Below, piece after piece: positions 40,011 through 53,851 of a DNA stretch of 64,000 bases; within the stretch, counting starts at the first letter, position 1; each line of letters starts with the position of its first letter. The translations under genes and the position numbers were made by a program. A model generated the notes under the pieces. It was given only the letters and a program-made list of their open reading frames with translations, ran no database searches and had not been told where the DNA came from. The stretch is from Octopus sinensis (Eukaryota): contig NC_042997.1 of assembly GCF_006345805.1 (NCBI RefSeq), positions 14,694,001 to 14,758,000 on the forward strand. The letters are read 5' to 3'.

Positions 40011-41259
40011 TATATATATATATATTTATGTGTGTGTGTATTTATATATATATAAAATATAACCCATGCCAGCATGGAAGGCAGACGTTAAACGATGATG
40101 ATGGTATGTGTGTGTGCATATATATATATATATTATATATATATATATACACACACACACATATATATATTCTTATTAATTTAGGCCATTGATAAGAAGG
40201 GAGAAGCAATGCAGTGTCTAACAGTATATAAAGAACAATCTAAAACTATAAAATATATTGTTTATTGTAACTGAAATAAAGATGAAAGTGATGTTGTATA
40301 AAGAGATAACTTCAAATGGCTGGTTCTTTTTTTTTAATAGTGAATTTATAAAACTGTCTTTGATAGAGAGCTGCAGTTAAGCACTAAATACAAATTAGAA
40401 ACAATCGTTAGCATAAAGATATGGAATGGAAGTGAAGAGCAATATGTAAAATAAACATCGATGATTTGTTTGAGGAAAAATAAGCATTATATATGTGAGT
40501 GACTATTAAATAAAAAAAAATACATGAATTTTTTTTGTCAAGAAGTAGTATAGATTCTTTGATATATTAAGTGATGGAAGTTTAGGGATATTAAATATCA
40601 GAAAATTTCTTAGATATATTGAATGCTTTCCCACTGCTTTGTAATTATATACATGTGAAAAAAAAATGTTCATTTAAAAAGCAAATATCTCTGTTAAAGG
40701 ACAGGTGGAAATGTTGTGAAGTGGTAAGGATGATGAGTAACATTGATTTTGATAATTACTACACAGACTGTTCAAAGCATTGGTTCCCTACTGGTAGAAA
40801 AGAAGTTAGAACTATAGTCAAAATTCATGAAAAAGATACATATTTGTTAATGCAGGATTCGACAATTTATTCATACAAAGAAAAGATAACAGATTTTGAA
40901 GAATTGATTTTGAAATTACATTAACTTCTATGTCAGAAGTCTATACTGTTATAAATATAAGAAAGTGAGGAACAGAAATATATACATAATGATAATAATC
41001 ATCATCATTATAATCATCATCGTCATTGTTTCGAGATCTACTTTTTCATGCTTGCATGGGTTGAAGTGAATTTTCTGTAGCCAGATACTTCTCCTGTTAC
41101 CAACCCTCACTTGTTTTCAAGTAAGGTAATATTTCCCCATGACCAGACATATTTTCATGGGAATCAAAGGATACCATTTGCATGACAGTGACACTCATTT
41201 ACAACTAACATGCAATGTCAAGGCATGAGACAGTAACACACATGCACACACATATACAT

Positions 41260-41405
41260 ATCTATATATATGAATGGCAATTTCTATCTGTCTGTCTGTA
41301 TGTCTGTCTATCTATATATAAATGGCAATTTCTGTCTGTCTGTCTATATATAATTGACAATTTCTGTCTGTCTGTCTATATATAAATGGCAATTTCTGTC
41401 TGTCT
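41260..41405. repeat. Short tandem array (TATATAAATGGCAATTTCTGTCTGTCTGTC)
   Basis: About four units of about 30 bp. Confidence 0.8.
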
Positions 41406-42034
41406 GTTACCATCTTAGTGCCTAAACCAGCAAACCAATATTCAAAAAACTTTACATACATGTTACACTAACATCCAGTTCAATAACAGGCTAATTGGAT
41501 TTCAATAAAAATCTATAATGCGCTCCCATTGGGTGAATTATGTGATAAAACAAGAAGGTTGCAATAAGTATTAGTCTGAGGGAAAGGTAGTAGCAGAGAG
41601 AGGGTGACTTATATCAGTGAAGGCAAGAACAGCGGTGGCAATGGGATGGTAACATTATTACAGCTGTCATATACACATGACACTGCACGCATACTTTTGT
41701 AAATACATAGATACAATACATACTCACACTTATATGGTTTATTTAAAATGAATTTCTTTCTTATGTATCATCAGGCACATGCTACATTTTGAGCAATAGG
41801 AAGGAAATTTAGTTAAAATTAATTATGTACTCTATAACATGTTTTGAGGTCTATAGTCATTTGATAAAAATCAAGATTTGAAGATATTTAGTACATGATG
41901 TGTATGTGTGTGCAAGTGTACACACACACACACAGCTGAAACTTGAAAGTCACTAACAACACTATTCTTGTTATGCACTCCTTCAGTTTAATGTAAAATT
42001 GTTATAATCATGTATTTACATAAAAACTAACATT

Positions 42035-42090
<56 letters not shown>

Positions 42091-42898
42091 TACACACTCA
42101 CACACAAACGCATGCACATACACACATGCACACACACGCACTCACACATAACCTATGGAACATATTTCAAGTAATAATTACCAATACATTAATGTTTATA
42201 TTTATGAGCATTGAAAACATTAAAGCATATGATACACATTTGCAGAGGTGTTATAGTCTAATGTATTTATATTTATATATTAGTAATTAGATCATCAACT
42301 ATGTTCTATAAACTCACATAGATACTTGAGAGGATATCCATGCTCCTCAATGAACTCAAAATACAGGGTAACTGAGAAAGGCTACTAAATAGCTTAATGT
42401 CATTTCACATATCTGTGTGAAATCATACTATCAATTTAAAGGTGTTAGTTATTCATACACAAGGTAGTTAATGTTTCTATATTGATGAATGCCTTGATGC
42501 CACTACATTCATTAGAAGACACAATAGCCTCAGTTCTTAAACCAATTTGCTTCACATTGATCTAGACTTCATTTCTATCATATCTAACATCTTCATCAGT
42601 TCCTTAGATATCACCATCACTACCAATAGTTTCAGCTATCCACTTACATCTACTACAAACACACTGGCTCCTACTCTTATCCTCACTCCAATCTGATCTG
42701 AAGCAACAGTAAAAGGCATTTGTCCCAAACGCTATGCAGTAGAATCAAACCCTGAACTCCTTGGTTTTAAAGCAAACTTCTAACTAACTAGCCATACACA
42801 CATATAGACAAATATAGGCATATATGCATACAGGCACATGAACAGATACTTACACATACATACACATATGTATGCACACATATTCCTATATATATATA

Positions 42899-43069
42899 GG
42901 CGCAGGAGTGGCTGTGTGGTAAGTAGCTTGCTAACCAACCACATGGTTCCAGGTTCAGTCCCACTGCATGGCATCTTGGGTAAGTGTCTTCTGCTATAGC
43001 CCCAGGCCGACCAATGCCTTGTGAGTGGATTTGGTAGACGGAAATTGAAAGAAGCCTGTCATATATATG

Positions 43070-43100
<31 letters not shown>

Positions 43101-43310
43101 TTGTGTGTCTGTGTTTGTCCCCCTAGCATTGCTTGACAACTGATGCTGGTGTGTTTATGTCCCCGTCACTTAGCATTTCGGCAAAAAGAGACCGATAGAA
43201 TAAGTACTAGGCTTACAAAGAATAAGTCCTGGGGTCGAGTTGCTCAACTAAAGGCGGTGCTCCAGCATAGCCGCAGTCAAATGACTGAAATAAGCAAAAG
43301 AGAGTAAAAG
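42899..43310 (+). mobile_element. tRNA-derived SINE (GGCGCAGGAGTGGCTGTGTGGTAAG.. family), full length
   Basis: A-box-like TGGCTGTGTGG, B-box-like GGTTCAGTCC, internal (TA)/(TG) tract and AAAAGAG-type tail. Many copies in the window. Confidence 0.8.
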
Positions 43311-43738
43311 ATATATATATATATATGTATATCATATATATAGAGATATAGATGATAGATTTACCTGTAATTGCCACAACTCTAGCACATCTGGGCACCT
43401 CAGATTGTAACACTGTACTGGTAAAACTGAATGTTCCTGTATACCAGGACAAGCCATATAAGAGAAAATAGTAAAATAGCCATAAAAGAGAAAATAGGAT
43501 GTTAACACAATGTAGTGAGTCAAGAAATTTCCGTTAATGAGGAAAAAAGAAAACAATTATCTTAATAATTAATTCTAGCCAAGAAAGACAGAGGAGACAA
43601 CTCATAATTAAAATTAACTGAAATGAATTAAAAACAGAATGCCATGTGGATGAGGTTAGAGGAAAGACTAATATATCAGCTAAAACTAGTCCTACAAAAG
43701 AGCAAACTTACAAGACATGCATCAACACCTTAAATAAA

Positions 43739-44062
43739 TTCTTCAAGGTAAAAAAATCCTAAGATTCTTCAATGTAAAAAATCCTAAGATTCTTCAATGT
43801 AAAAAATCCTAAGATTCTTCACGGTAAAAAATCCTAAGATTCTTCAAGGTAAAAAATCCAAAGATTCTTCAAGGTAAAAAAATCCAAAGATTCTTCAAGG
43901 TAAAAAAATCCTAAGATTCTTCAAGGTAAAAAATCCTAAGATTCTTCAAGGTAAAAAATCCTAAGATTCTTCAAGGTAAAAAATCCTAAGATTCTTCAAG
44001 GTAAAAAATCCAAAGATTCTTCAAGGTAAAAAATCCAAAGATTCTTCAAGGTAAAGAATCAT
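43739..44062. repeat. Minisatellite, 25-27 bp unit x13
   Basis: Unit TTCTTCAAGGTAAAAAATCCTAAGA with few variants. Confidence 0.95.
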
Positions 44063-44719
44063 AAGAATTCAGGTGAAAAGTACGATTTTATAACAAATAC
44101 AGAAAAGTCTCCAGAAGGAAAGATCATTTACTTTAATGGAAGAAGAGCAATGCAGTAAAAGAACATCAGAAAATTGTTGGAACCAAGCAGAGTCAAGGGA
44201 GGAGAGGCAAAACTGAGAAAAGATCTGATGACAATATTAACAGCAAGAATTAGCAAAGCAACATAAATACTGTCTCTGGAAAAACAAGTTCTCAACCATA
44301 TTCTTATCACTGAACATAATGTAACTACATGCTGAACAGCCAAAGGCAAAAGCCATTATCATCTGCTAAGTGTATCACACATAATATGAGGATAATCAAT
44401 CACCAAACATTAGGCGATCTTCTGATTCAGTGTTGTATCTTCTGATATAGTGCTATATGTTTTGATGTAATATTGTATCATCAGATATAATGGCTTATCT
44501 CCTGATAAAATATTGCATTTTCTGGTATAATGGTATATCTTCTAAACCATTACTGAAAGTGGGCACCAGTTTTGATCATCAAAATCCAGTTAAAGATTTG
44601 AAGAAATACCACAAAGAATTAGCTAACCCTCCATATCATTCATCTCACCTCTCCTTTATTTGTGACACTCCAAATCAATAGAACACTGCCTCTGTGATAC
44701 TTATACACAGGAGAGATTT

Positions 44720-45230
44720 CAGAGTTGATTCATCAAACTAATAACCAATATCATTATCAAGTAATGGAAGCAGCAGTCAATAAATAAAAAATAACAAGGC
44801 TTCTTGCTTAAAAACCAATTTATTTCTAGAAAGCAATTTGGCTTCTTACCAAACCAAAATGTAGTAGATCCCATTATCATTTCTCAAACCAGGAACATTT
44901 ACCAAGACAAAAGTAAAAAATATGTCACATAGCCCTAGCTATCAAAGATGTTTTTGACAGAGTCTGATACAATAGATTATGGGCCAAACTAAAATCCAAA
45001 GTCATATGTAGGCAGCTGCTAAAGTGATTACAAAACTTTTTAGTAGGATGTATGCTAAAGTTCCCATTTTAGGTCACATCTTTGGTACGTCCTCTATCAA
45101 TAGACAAGGCTTGCAAAGTTCAACATTTGGCTTACTTCTGTTCTCAATTTCCATACATGCCTGTGAAAATCAACAGTACTTTTACACTAAGTATTCCATG
45201 CTGTTAGCACCAAAAATAGCCATCAAGTAA
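44720..45230 (+). mobile_element. Decayed CR1/L2/Jockey-type LINE reverse transcriptase fragment
   Basis: Remnants of PISLSS, QFGFL, IALAIKDVFDRV, KLKS, and GLQSSTFGLLLFSISIH (about GVPQGSxLGPLLFxIxIND). Truncated at about 45230 by the Gypsy remnant. Confidence 0.7.
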
Positions 45231-46145
45231 AAATGAGATGACAGTATAGCTTTATTAAGCTATACACCAACAAACTAGTGGAAACGCGAATACATTTATC
45301 AAAGGTTTATTACTTTACATACATCAGGGCTTAAGTCGCCAGTTATTTCTGTTTAGTTCGCTCAGATTCGTTTCACACTAACTGTTGACATTCTTTTGTT
45401 TTCCTTCCCCTACCAGAAATCCCTTTTGTTTTTTCTGCTGACCAACTTCCTAGCTGTTCCTTATCAAGGGTTGGTGTAATCTGTTTAGGATGGTTTCTGT
45501 TTGGTGGCTGGGCCACCTGAACAGGGCTGTCAATATCGAGATGGGCTGGTTTCAATCTATCGTTGGAGACTGTGTCTTGTCATGCACCAATTAGGAGTTG
45601 GAATGTTTTATCTCACGGATGTATGACTTGATATGGACCATTGTAGGGTAACAGGAGGGATTTTCATCATGTATCACATCAAACGAACACAAAGTTAGCC
45701 GTGCTGTGGTCATTTGGTACAGATGATCTGAGTGTACTGTGTGCTGACATGGGAAAAGGGTGCAACTGGCTCATGTTGTCTCTCAGTTGAGCAAGGTACC
45801 TTTTGACATCTGGGTCTGACTTCATATTCAGAATGAACCTATAAGGGGAACACTGTACACCATTTCCGCAGAGGAAGTGTTGAAATTTTCTTTTGGGATG
45901 GTGCAGATTCGCACCATCACCCATGGGAGTTGGTTAATCCAATTTGGCCCGTTAAGTCTGGTTATCAGGGATTCCTTCAGGCAGCAGTGAAATCTCTCCA
46001 CTAATCTGTTGGCATGTGGGTGGTGGGCTGTCGTGCACTTCGTTGTGATTCTGAAAAGGTGCTTCTTATGTAGCTCTGTGTTTGGGCTTGCAATAAGGAT
46101 ATCATTAACCTTTAACAGCAGCTGATGGGTCCACAATTGAGGCAT
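45230..46145 (-). mobile_element. Ty3/Gypsy remnant: RT scrap fused to integrase C-terminal region
   Basis: VNDILIASPNTELHKKHL (YxDD region) abuts TTAHHPHANRLVERFHCCLKESL..WINQLPWVM..PKENFNTSSAEMVY. Downstream are PYNGPYQV and DRLKPAHLDIDSPVQVAQPP. 45230-45380 may be the 3' non-coding/LTR part. Confidence 0.8.
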
Positions 46146-46156
46146 ACAGTCGTCAC

Positions 46157-46288
46157 ACCCTTTCTCTCAACATCGGCTCACAAAAATACACATGGGCATT
46201 CACCAGCGCCGATGTCCATCAGCCCATAATTGGTGAAGACTTTCTTCGAGCACACTCGCTATTGGTTGATTTGCTGGGAAGACGACTG
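46157..46288 (+). mobile_element. Ty3/Gypsy aspartic-protease C-terminal fragment (opposite strand to integrase)
   Basis: TLSLNIGSQKYTWAFTSADVHQPIIGEDFLRAHSLLVDLLGRRL matches the retropepsin tail (F..ADV..PIIGxDFL....LLVD...RRL). Confidence 0.7.
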
Positions 46289-46755
46289 ACATATGAAAGA
46301 CATAGGTGTGTTGTTATATAAGAGTTAATACTTTCACACCTGTACGCCCACTTTAACTGCATGATCTCAAATCCCACAGACTCGATAAACATTTCAGGTC
46401 ACAGCTCATAGCTATTAATACATTGCACAAACCTCTGGAAGTTACAACTGAAATCATCACAGTCAAGAGAATATATACTTTCAATAGCCAAGTGCACAAA
46501 CAACACATTACTTTCAACTTCAGTGATACAGTAAACTACTGGTTGAATTATTCTTTTTGATCAAATCACTATGAATTCCATTGCTCATGTATGGTTCTAA
46601 TTTCAAATTAGATATATGCCACATATCATAATTGTGTGTTTGTGCATATGTATTGGATACACCCAACATTTTTGTATGTACACATATATACATATTCATA
46701 TATCATCATTGTTGTTACATTCAGTTTTCCATACAAGCATAGCTCCATATATATG

Positions 46756-46756
<1 letters not shown>

Positions 46757-46823
<67 letters not shown>
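46757..46823. repeat. (TA)n microsatellite, representative of dozens of TA/CA/ATT/CAT/ACAT tracts
   Basis: Direct inspection. These tracts account for most low-complexity ORFs in the track. Confidence 0.95.
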
Positions 46824-46825
<2 letters not shown>

Positions 46826-49800
46826 TCAAATATATCTAGTATATGTATACACATATGCATGTATCCTCATACATACCACGTAAATATTCACATATTCCTT
46901 TATACACACATTCACCATTAAAAATCAATAATTTTTTATAAAACATTTCAACAAAAAATCCTATTTATACATAAAGTAGGCCAAAAAAAAAAAACAAATT
47001 ACACCGAAATATTTTAAAATTCTATAAAAATTAATCAAATCAAAAGACAAAAGAATAAATAATAAAAGAAAATCATCCTATAACAGAAAATATTTCTAAA
47101 AAATTGTAGTTTGAGAAAAAATAATAAAAAAGGCAATATGAACAATCTTTAGGTAAACAGGATGCATGATCAATGTTCTCTTAATTTTATTTCCTTATTC
47201 ATGCATGGAAATGAATTTTATCATGTATAAATATATTGATGTAGCATATATATATCACTCTTATTATTTTATGTATATATATATATATGTCTATATGTCC
47301 ATGTAAATTGTGATGGCTTCCATAACACTTGCAATTGCTTATTGATATCATTAACGATGTGCAAGGTTTTAATAAATTAATGCCTGTCAACCTGTAATTC
47401 TGGTGTCAGTACTGGAATTATTAAGGATACAAATTTAATGTCATGTCAACTGATTATTAATTAATTAACAACAATTACCAATATTGTTATTAATGCCTTC
47501 ATTAAGCCATGGTAATCCATAAGATTAGTACTTAACTTGTATCTATGCAGTATTGTTCTTTTTTGCGTTGTTTAACTCTAGGCCAACCCTGTTCAAGTTG
47601 TGACCATCCTGTCCTTCTTTAAAAGTAGTGTATACATTATCCGATGACTCCTTTATGTTTTCTTTTTAACATGGTAAAGTGCAATTGGAGAAGATATGGC
47701 TGATATTTCTAGCATTTTGAACAATCCTGTATATGGTTGTTTGAAACCTCCTGATTAGTTTTTTCCTCTGATTAGATATACAGTAATACCTCACTTTACA
47801 AGGATCCTCTTTACAAGACCCCAGGTTTAAGAGTTTTATTTTATAATAAATATAAAAAGGTTAAACAGCCATTCTGTCCATGTGGCAACATCGCAACATG
47901 TGGCAATACTGGTTCTGGTGCATCTGCACAGTGACAGAGTAAAATGACGGCATAAAATTTCATTACTACTGTGGGGAATTATTGCTTTGCTTTACACATC
48001 TTTGTTTTACAAGTGATCTCCAGGAACAAATTAACTCATATACCAAGGCTTTACTGTAATAGTTTCAAATTTTTGGCATAAGGTCAACAATTTTAAGGAG
48101 AGAGGGTTAGTTGATTACATCAACTTCAAAACTTGACTAATACATATTTTATCGACCCGCAAAGGATGAAAGGCAAAGTTGACCTCAGCAGCATTTGCAA
48201 TCAGGACATAAAGAGCTGGAAGAAATGCTATTAAGCATTTTGTTTGGTGTGGTGATGATTCTGCCAGTTTGTTGCCTTCTATTTCAATATAATAAAAGTC
48301 TAACACAGGCAAAGTTTTTCAGAGATACTTTGTGTCTATACTCAGTCTGATGCAGTACATATTAGGATATTTAGCCCTCTGCTAATACTAATAATTATTA
48401 TTCTGAAATGTTAAATGATTTCCTTCCATAAACAGAAACAGCAAGGTTTGATAAATAGAAATAGAAATGGTAGGGTGAAGGTTGGAATGTGTTTGATCAT
48501 AAGGCTGCTTGATGAGGGTTGACTTGAGGTGAATCACCACTGTGAATGTAGTAAGATTTGAAACTTAGGAGTTGAATATCAATACATAATGTACTGTCAT
48601 TGCACCTCCTCATTGAAATCAAGAACAAGAACCAATCACAAAACCATTATTTAGAGAGTGATGACGATGATGAAGGCTTCTTTTCAGTTGCTCAATCTGC
48701 TAAAAATAACTGCCAAACTCCCTTACATTACATCTTGCCATCTACCCTTCCGTTACTGTATTTGTTTTGAGATGCTCTGTGTTTCTTTCAATTACTTTAA
48801 ATATAAGAAAGAATTTAGTAAAATAACATCGTTATCATTAAGCTAGTGTTAGGAACATAAATTGTGACTAAGGTTTGGTGGAAATTTTGAATTCAAAACT
48901 TATGAAAACAAGACATTTGTACTAAAGAGCCAGAGCCGGTTTCAGCCGGGTTGGTAACAAAAGGGTTAAAAGGTAAGAATAAATTAGACAATGTAGTTAT
49001 ACATATCCTAAAAAAAATAGGATGATATAGCTGCAATGACTGACTGTTGCAATCAAGACTGACTTGGTACTAAGCAACAACAACAACAGCAAATCCTTCA
49101 CTCTAGTTACATATGTTCTCATTCACACAATGTTATGGATGATAATTAGAATGGCCACATCATCCACTATCAGAATACTGATGATAATTCTTCCTTCACC
49201 ATTTTCAGATAATTTGGTAATTAAGTAGATACACCATTCAACTCATGTTGGCTAAGTCAGATCTCAGACTAAATAAATATTACTTATATCTTGACTACTA
49301 AATCAATTTCTTGTTACAAGTTTATGCTAGCATTAATCATCTCTTTCTCTAAGGCAGTGAGCTGGCAGAATCTTTTCAGCACCTGACAAAATACTCAGCT
49401 GCTGGTCTTCCAGCTCTTCACATTTTGCATTCAAATGCTGCTAAGGTCAACTTTGCATTTCAGGGTTAATAAAATAAAGTATCAGCTGAGCACTGGGGTT
49501 GAAGTAATTGACTTTCCGTTCCCTTGAAAATTGCTGCCTTTCTGCCAAATTTGGAAGAATTATCTGTTTCCCTCTAATTAATAACATAGACACAGATTAT
49601 AAATTTCAGATTTTTTACATGAGTGTTTACTTGAAAATTAAGCACATTTTTTATCAGTTTAGTCAATCCCTAGATTTAAAAATTTTTTCTTTCTAAGACA
49701 GGAATAAGGCTACAGGTTTTTGAAAAAGAGTGTGAATTTTATTAACCTTTGGACCTTACTGAGTATGAACTTCAATCTATAAAGGGAAAGCAACTAAATA

Positions 49801-50810
49801 TTACACCATGTTTTGTCCAATGTTCTTCCTCCAATTTTGTCATCCAGCATGTCACCCAGTTTACCATTGCCACCACCACCTGGTCCTTGGGTAACCTCAA
49901 TGGCCTGCTCTGATGCAAGTATTTAAACTTGGTATCCAGTATGAAAATAACTGAACATTTTTATGTTTTATTTTCTACATGAAAGTGTAGTTTCTTTCCC
50001 CTTTATCCCAGTCTCAGAGACCCAGGAACTTATGGACATTACGCGTGTTCTTCTCTGACTAAACCATAAAATAGAAATCTCTAAGAAAAAAGGCACTAAT
50101 CATCTGCTATTGTTTATTTTAAAAGGCAATTCATTGGGGAACACCTCATAGACATGGCAAGATAAAACACCTGTCTATAAAACTAGGTGCTCAGTAAATC
50201 TAATAACATCTAGATAAAATATAACAATGTATAACAGATGCTGCAATCAATAGAAGTCTCATAAATTATATTTTAATTACCATAACTATGGTAGCAGCAG
50301 AAGGAGTCATTATAATTAGTTAACTAATTCACTGTCACGTCTGAAGATGCAACTGATCAAAGTTGTAGCCTATAACTATGAATCTATAAACGATAACCTT
50401 ATTCAGATATATACAACTGGCCAATCATTTCAACATTAGCAATAACAAAGAAATGCTTAATACTATTTGCAATATTGATTTATATTACTTAATTATAAAA
50501 TTAGGTCTGTAGGAATAGGAGCTCTAGTCAATCACGTCAACCCAGTATATCACTGATACCTGTACAGTGCAGTACTTGAAATGAGTCTGCGGCCCGACAG
50601 TATAATTAGATACATTTGAACATCAGCTGCTAAAATAGTTGTCATGCATTACAATGGCACAAAGAGTGTTGGAAATGTAAAAAATAGCTAGAAATAATAA
50701 TAAGTTAGATTACTAAATGGTGGTGCCCCAACATGGCCACAGCTCGAGAGCTGAAACTAGATGAAATAAAAAAAAAAATACTAACACACATATAACAAAA
50801 TATATATAAG

Positions 50811-51130
50811 AAGGCACATGGCTTAGTGGTTAGGGTATTTAGCTCATGATTGTAAGGTCAGGAGTTTGATACCTGGAAGTGTGTTGTGCTGTTGAGCAAA
50901 ACACTTTATTTCATGTTGCTCCAGTCCACTCAGCTGGCAAAAATGAGCTGTAGCAGCAATTCAAAGGGCCAGCCTTGTCACATTCTGCGTCACACTAAAT
51001 CTCCCTGAGAACTACATTAAGAGTATGTGTGTCTGTAGAGTGCTAAGCCATTTACACATTAATTTCACGAGCAGACTGTTCCAGTGACCGGATCAACTGG
51101 AACTCTAGTCATTGTAATGATGGAGCACCA
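50811..51130 (+). mobile_element. tRNA-head SINE with CORE/V-like GTGTTGCTGTTGAGCAAAACACTT segment
   Basis: AGGCACATGGCTTAGTGGTTAGG (A box), GAGTTTGATACC (B box). Related copies at about 34390-34721(-), 35372-35580(+) and 52445-52776(-). Confidence 0.7.
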
Positions 51131-52319
51131 GTTCATAATAATATATATTGTTTTTTCTCATTAATGAGTTAAGAGTATACGAGCAATGCCCATGATCTTT
51201 GTAAAATTTCACAGAGTTGAGAGACTGATGTGTTTGATGTTCATCTTAAAGTCCTGTAGTCAAATGATAACAAGAAATAAATAATTAAATGAGGAAGATC
51301 ATTTGAGATGGTTACTATTCTTGGAAAGAAGGATTCAGCAAAATGCTTAACATTGAATCTAAGAGTTACAGAAGGGTTATTGAGAAGAGGAAATGTGCAT
51401 CATGTAGGTGTGGACAGAGATGCTATGATAGTTAGCTAGTTCAGAACAGCGGTACAACTGTAAGATAATTATTGTAGTATATTGGTAAGTGAGCCTTTGC
51501 TAAACAGTTGAATGTAACAGTCATTGCACCTCTGAATAGGCAGACAATACATTCTTGTCACAGACATGGTTGAAGGTTTTACTGATGTCAAATGCTTTTG
51601 CATTTGTGGCTATCATCTGGAAGGTGTTGTAACAGAGAGCAAATATCTTTCAGTTGGTGCTGATTCATAACTTCCTTCAGGCAGCTATAAACAGTATTTT
51701 TTTAACAGTACTGCTGTAGTAATCCCACTTGGAGATTTGAGGCTTGTGAACTTTGATTGTATGAGGAATATGAAGAGACATACCTCAGAGACTGAATTTA
51801 AACATCTACTTAGTTGTTTTGCATGGGTCAGAGTGAAGCATTTTTGTTGCCAACAGCGATTATCATAGAATTTGAAGAACCCTAATCATTTAGCTGACAC
51901 ATGCAAATAAGAATACATAATATACCATAATTACACTTGCATGCATAATTCTAGATATAACATATATAAATGTAAACATATACATTCAAACACATGCAAT
52001 AATAAACATAGGCACACATACAAAAACATACATACACATAATATATAAATATAAACTGATGCATGCACACACATCTTAGATCAAATCCCTAAAGGTTCAA
52101 CTTTCCAACCTCCTCTAGCAATCAATAAAATAAAGAACTAGGTAAGCATTATTAGATTCATAGATTCAGTTCAATCGACTCTACAACTCCCATACAAATC
52201 TGTGGCCTTCTGCTAATACGATAAATCAATATTTCCTTTAATTGTTATCTAATGTGAATTATAGTTGGAAAAAAAGAGAGAAAAGGCAACGATAATTCTT
52301 TACTGTGGTTTGTATAATA

Positions 52320-53500
52320 AATATACTTCATATAATAATTCATGGTGTAATAACACACACACATACACTTCATAATGTAATAATACTAATACTTCATGGT
52401 ATAACACACATACACATTATATTGTGATAATACTGATACAAAAAAAAAAGAAGCACTCCGATGGTTATGACAACAAGGGCCCCAGCTGATATGCTCAACA
52501 GAACAGCCTGCTTGTGAAATTAACGAGCAAGTGGTTGAGCACTCCATGGACATGTGTACCCTTAATGCAGTTCTCAAGGAGAGATTCAGCATGACACAGA
52601 GTGTGACAAGGTTGGCCCTTTGAAATACAGGTACTACTCATTTTTGCTAGCTGAGTGGACTGGAGCAATGTGGAAATAAAGTGTCTTGCTCAAGGACACA
52701 ATGCATCACCAGAAATTGAGCTCATGACCTTATGATCGTCAGCTGAATATCCCAGCCACTAAGCCATGTGCTTTCATTAATACTTCATGGTGTAATAACA
52801 TACATGGTGTAAAAATGTGTGTTATACATGGTGTAATAATACTAATACTTTATGGTGTAATAACACACATACATTTTATATTGTGATAACACTAGTACTT
52901 CAGGATGTATTAACACACATACACTTTATATTGTAATAGCACTAGTACTTCAGGATGTAATAACACACATACATTCTGTATTGTAATAATACTAATATTT
53001 CATGGTGTAATAACACAAACACTTTATATTATAATAATACTAATACTCCATGATGTAATAACACACATACATTTTATATTGTAATAACACACATACACTT
53101 CATGGTGTAATAACACACATACATTTTGTATTGTAATAATAATAATAATATTTCATGGTGTAATAACGCAAACACTTTATATTGTAATAATACTAATACT
53201 TCATGATGTAATAACACACATACACTTTATGCTGTAATACTAATACTTCATGGGGTAGGTGTAATAACACAAATATTTCATACTGTAATGATAGTAATGC
53301 TTCACAATGTATTGATACTAATATCTTGTGGTGTAGTAACCACACACACTTCATAGTGTAATGATACATATTTCATATTGTAAAGATACTAATAGTTTTG
53401 GTGTAAATAACCCATGTTCTTCATAGGTATAATGACACATATTTCATATTATATGATATTTATACCATATAATGATACATATACTTCATATCATATTATA
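52320..53500. repeat. Degenerate AT-rich minisatellite (TAATACTTCATGGTGTAATAACACACATACAC..) interrupted by a SINE
   Basis: Recurring motif on both sides of the SINE at 52445-52776. Confidence 0.8.
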
Positions 53501-53550
53501 ATGATATACATCATGATTATGATTATAATGATATACATGATATACATATA

Positions 53551-53851
53551 GCACGTAAAAAGCACCATCCGAACGTGGCCGATGCCAGTGCCACCTTGAC
53601 TGGCTTCCATGCCGGTGGCACATAAAAAGCACCAATCTGATCGTGACCATTGCCAGCCTCGCCTGGCACCTGTAAAAAGCACCCACTACACTTACGGAGT
53701 GGTTGGCGTTGGGAAGGGCATCTAGCTGTAGAAACACTGCCAGATCAGACTGGTGCAGCCTTCTGGCTTCCCAGATCCCAGTCGAACCGTCCAACCCATG
53801 CTAGCATGGAAAACAGACGTTAAACGGTGATGATGATGATGATGATGATGA
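53551..53851 (+). mobile_element. RTE 3'UTR-type repeat
   Basis: Same family, (GAT)n tail at about 53828-53851. Confidence 0.75.

Noticed and set aside
43739-44062. Array resembling a CRISPR repeat
   Set aside because: There are no unique spacers; it is a head-to-tail minisatellite in a eukaryotic context.
47780-47830. TACAGTAATACCTCACTTTAC Tigger-like TIR
   Set aside because: No matching second TIR was found.
50341-50375. CTGAAGATGCAAC..GTAGC hammerhead-like start
   Set aside because: The GAAA and helix III are absent.
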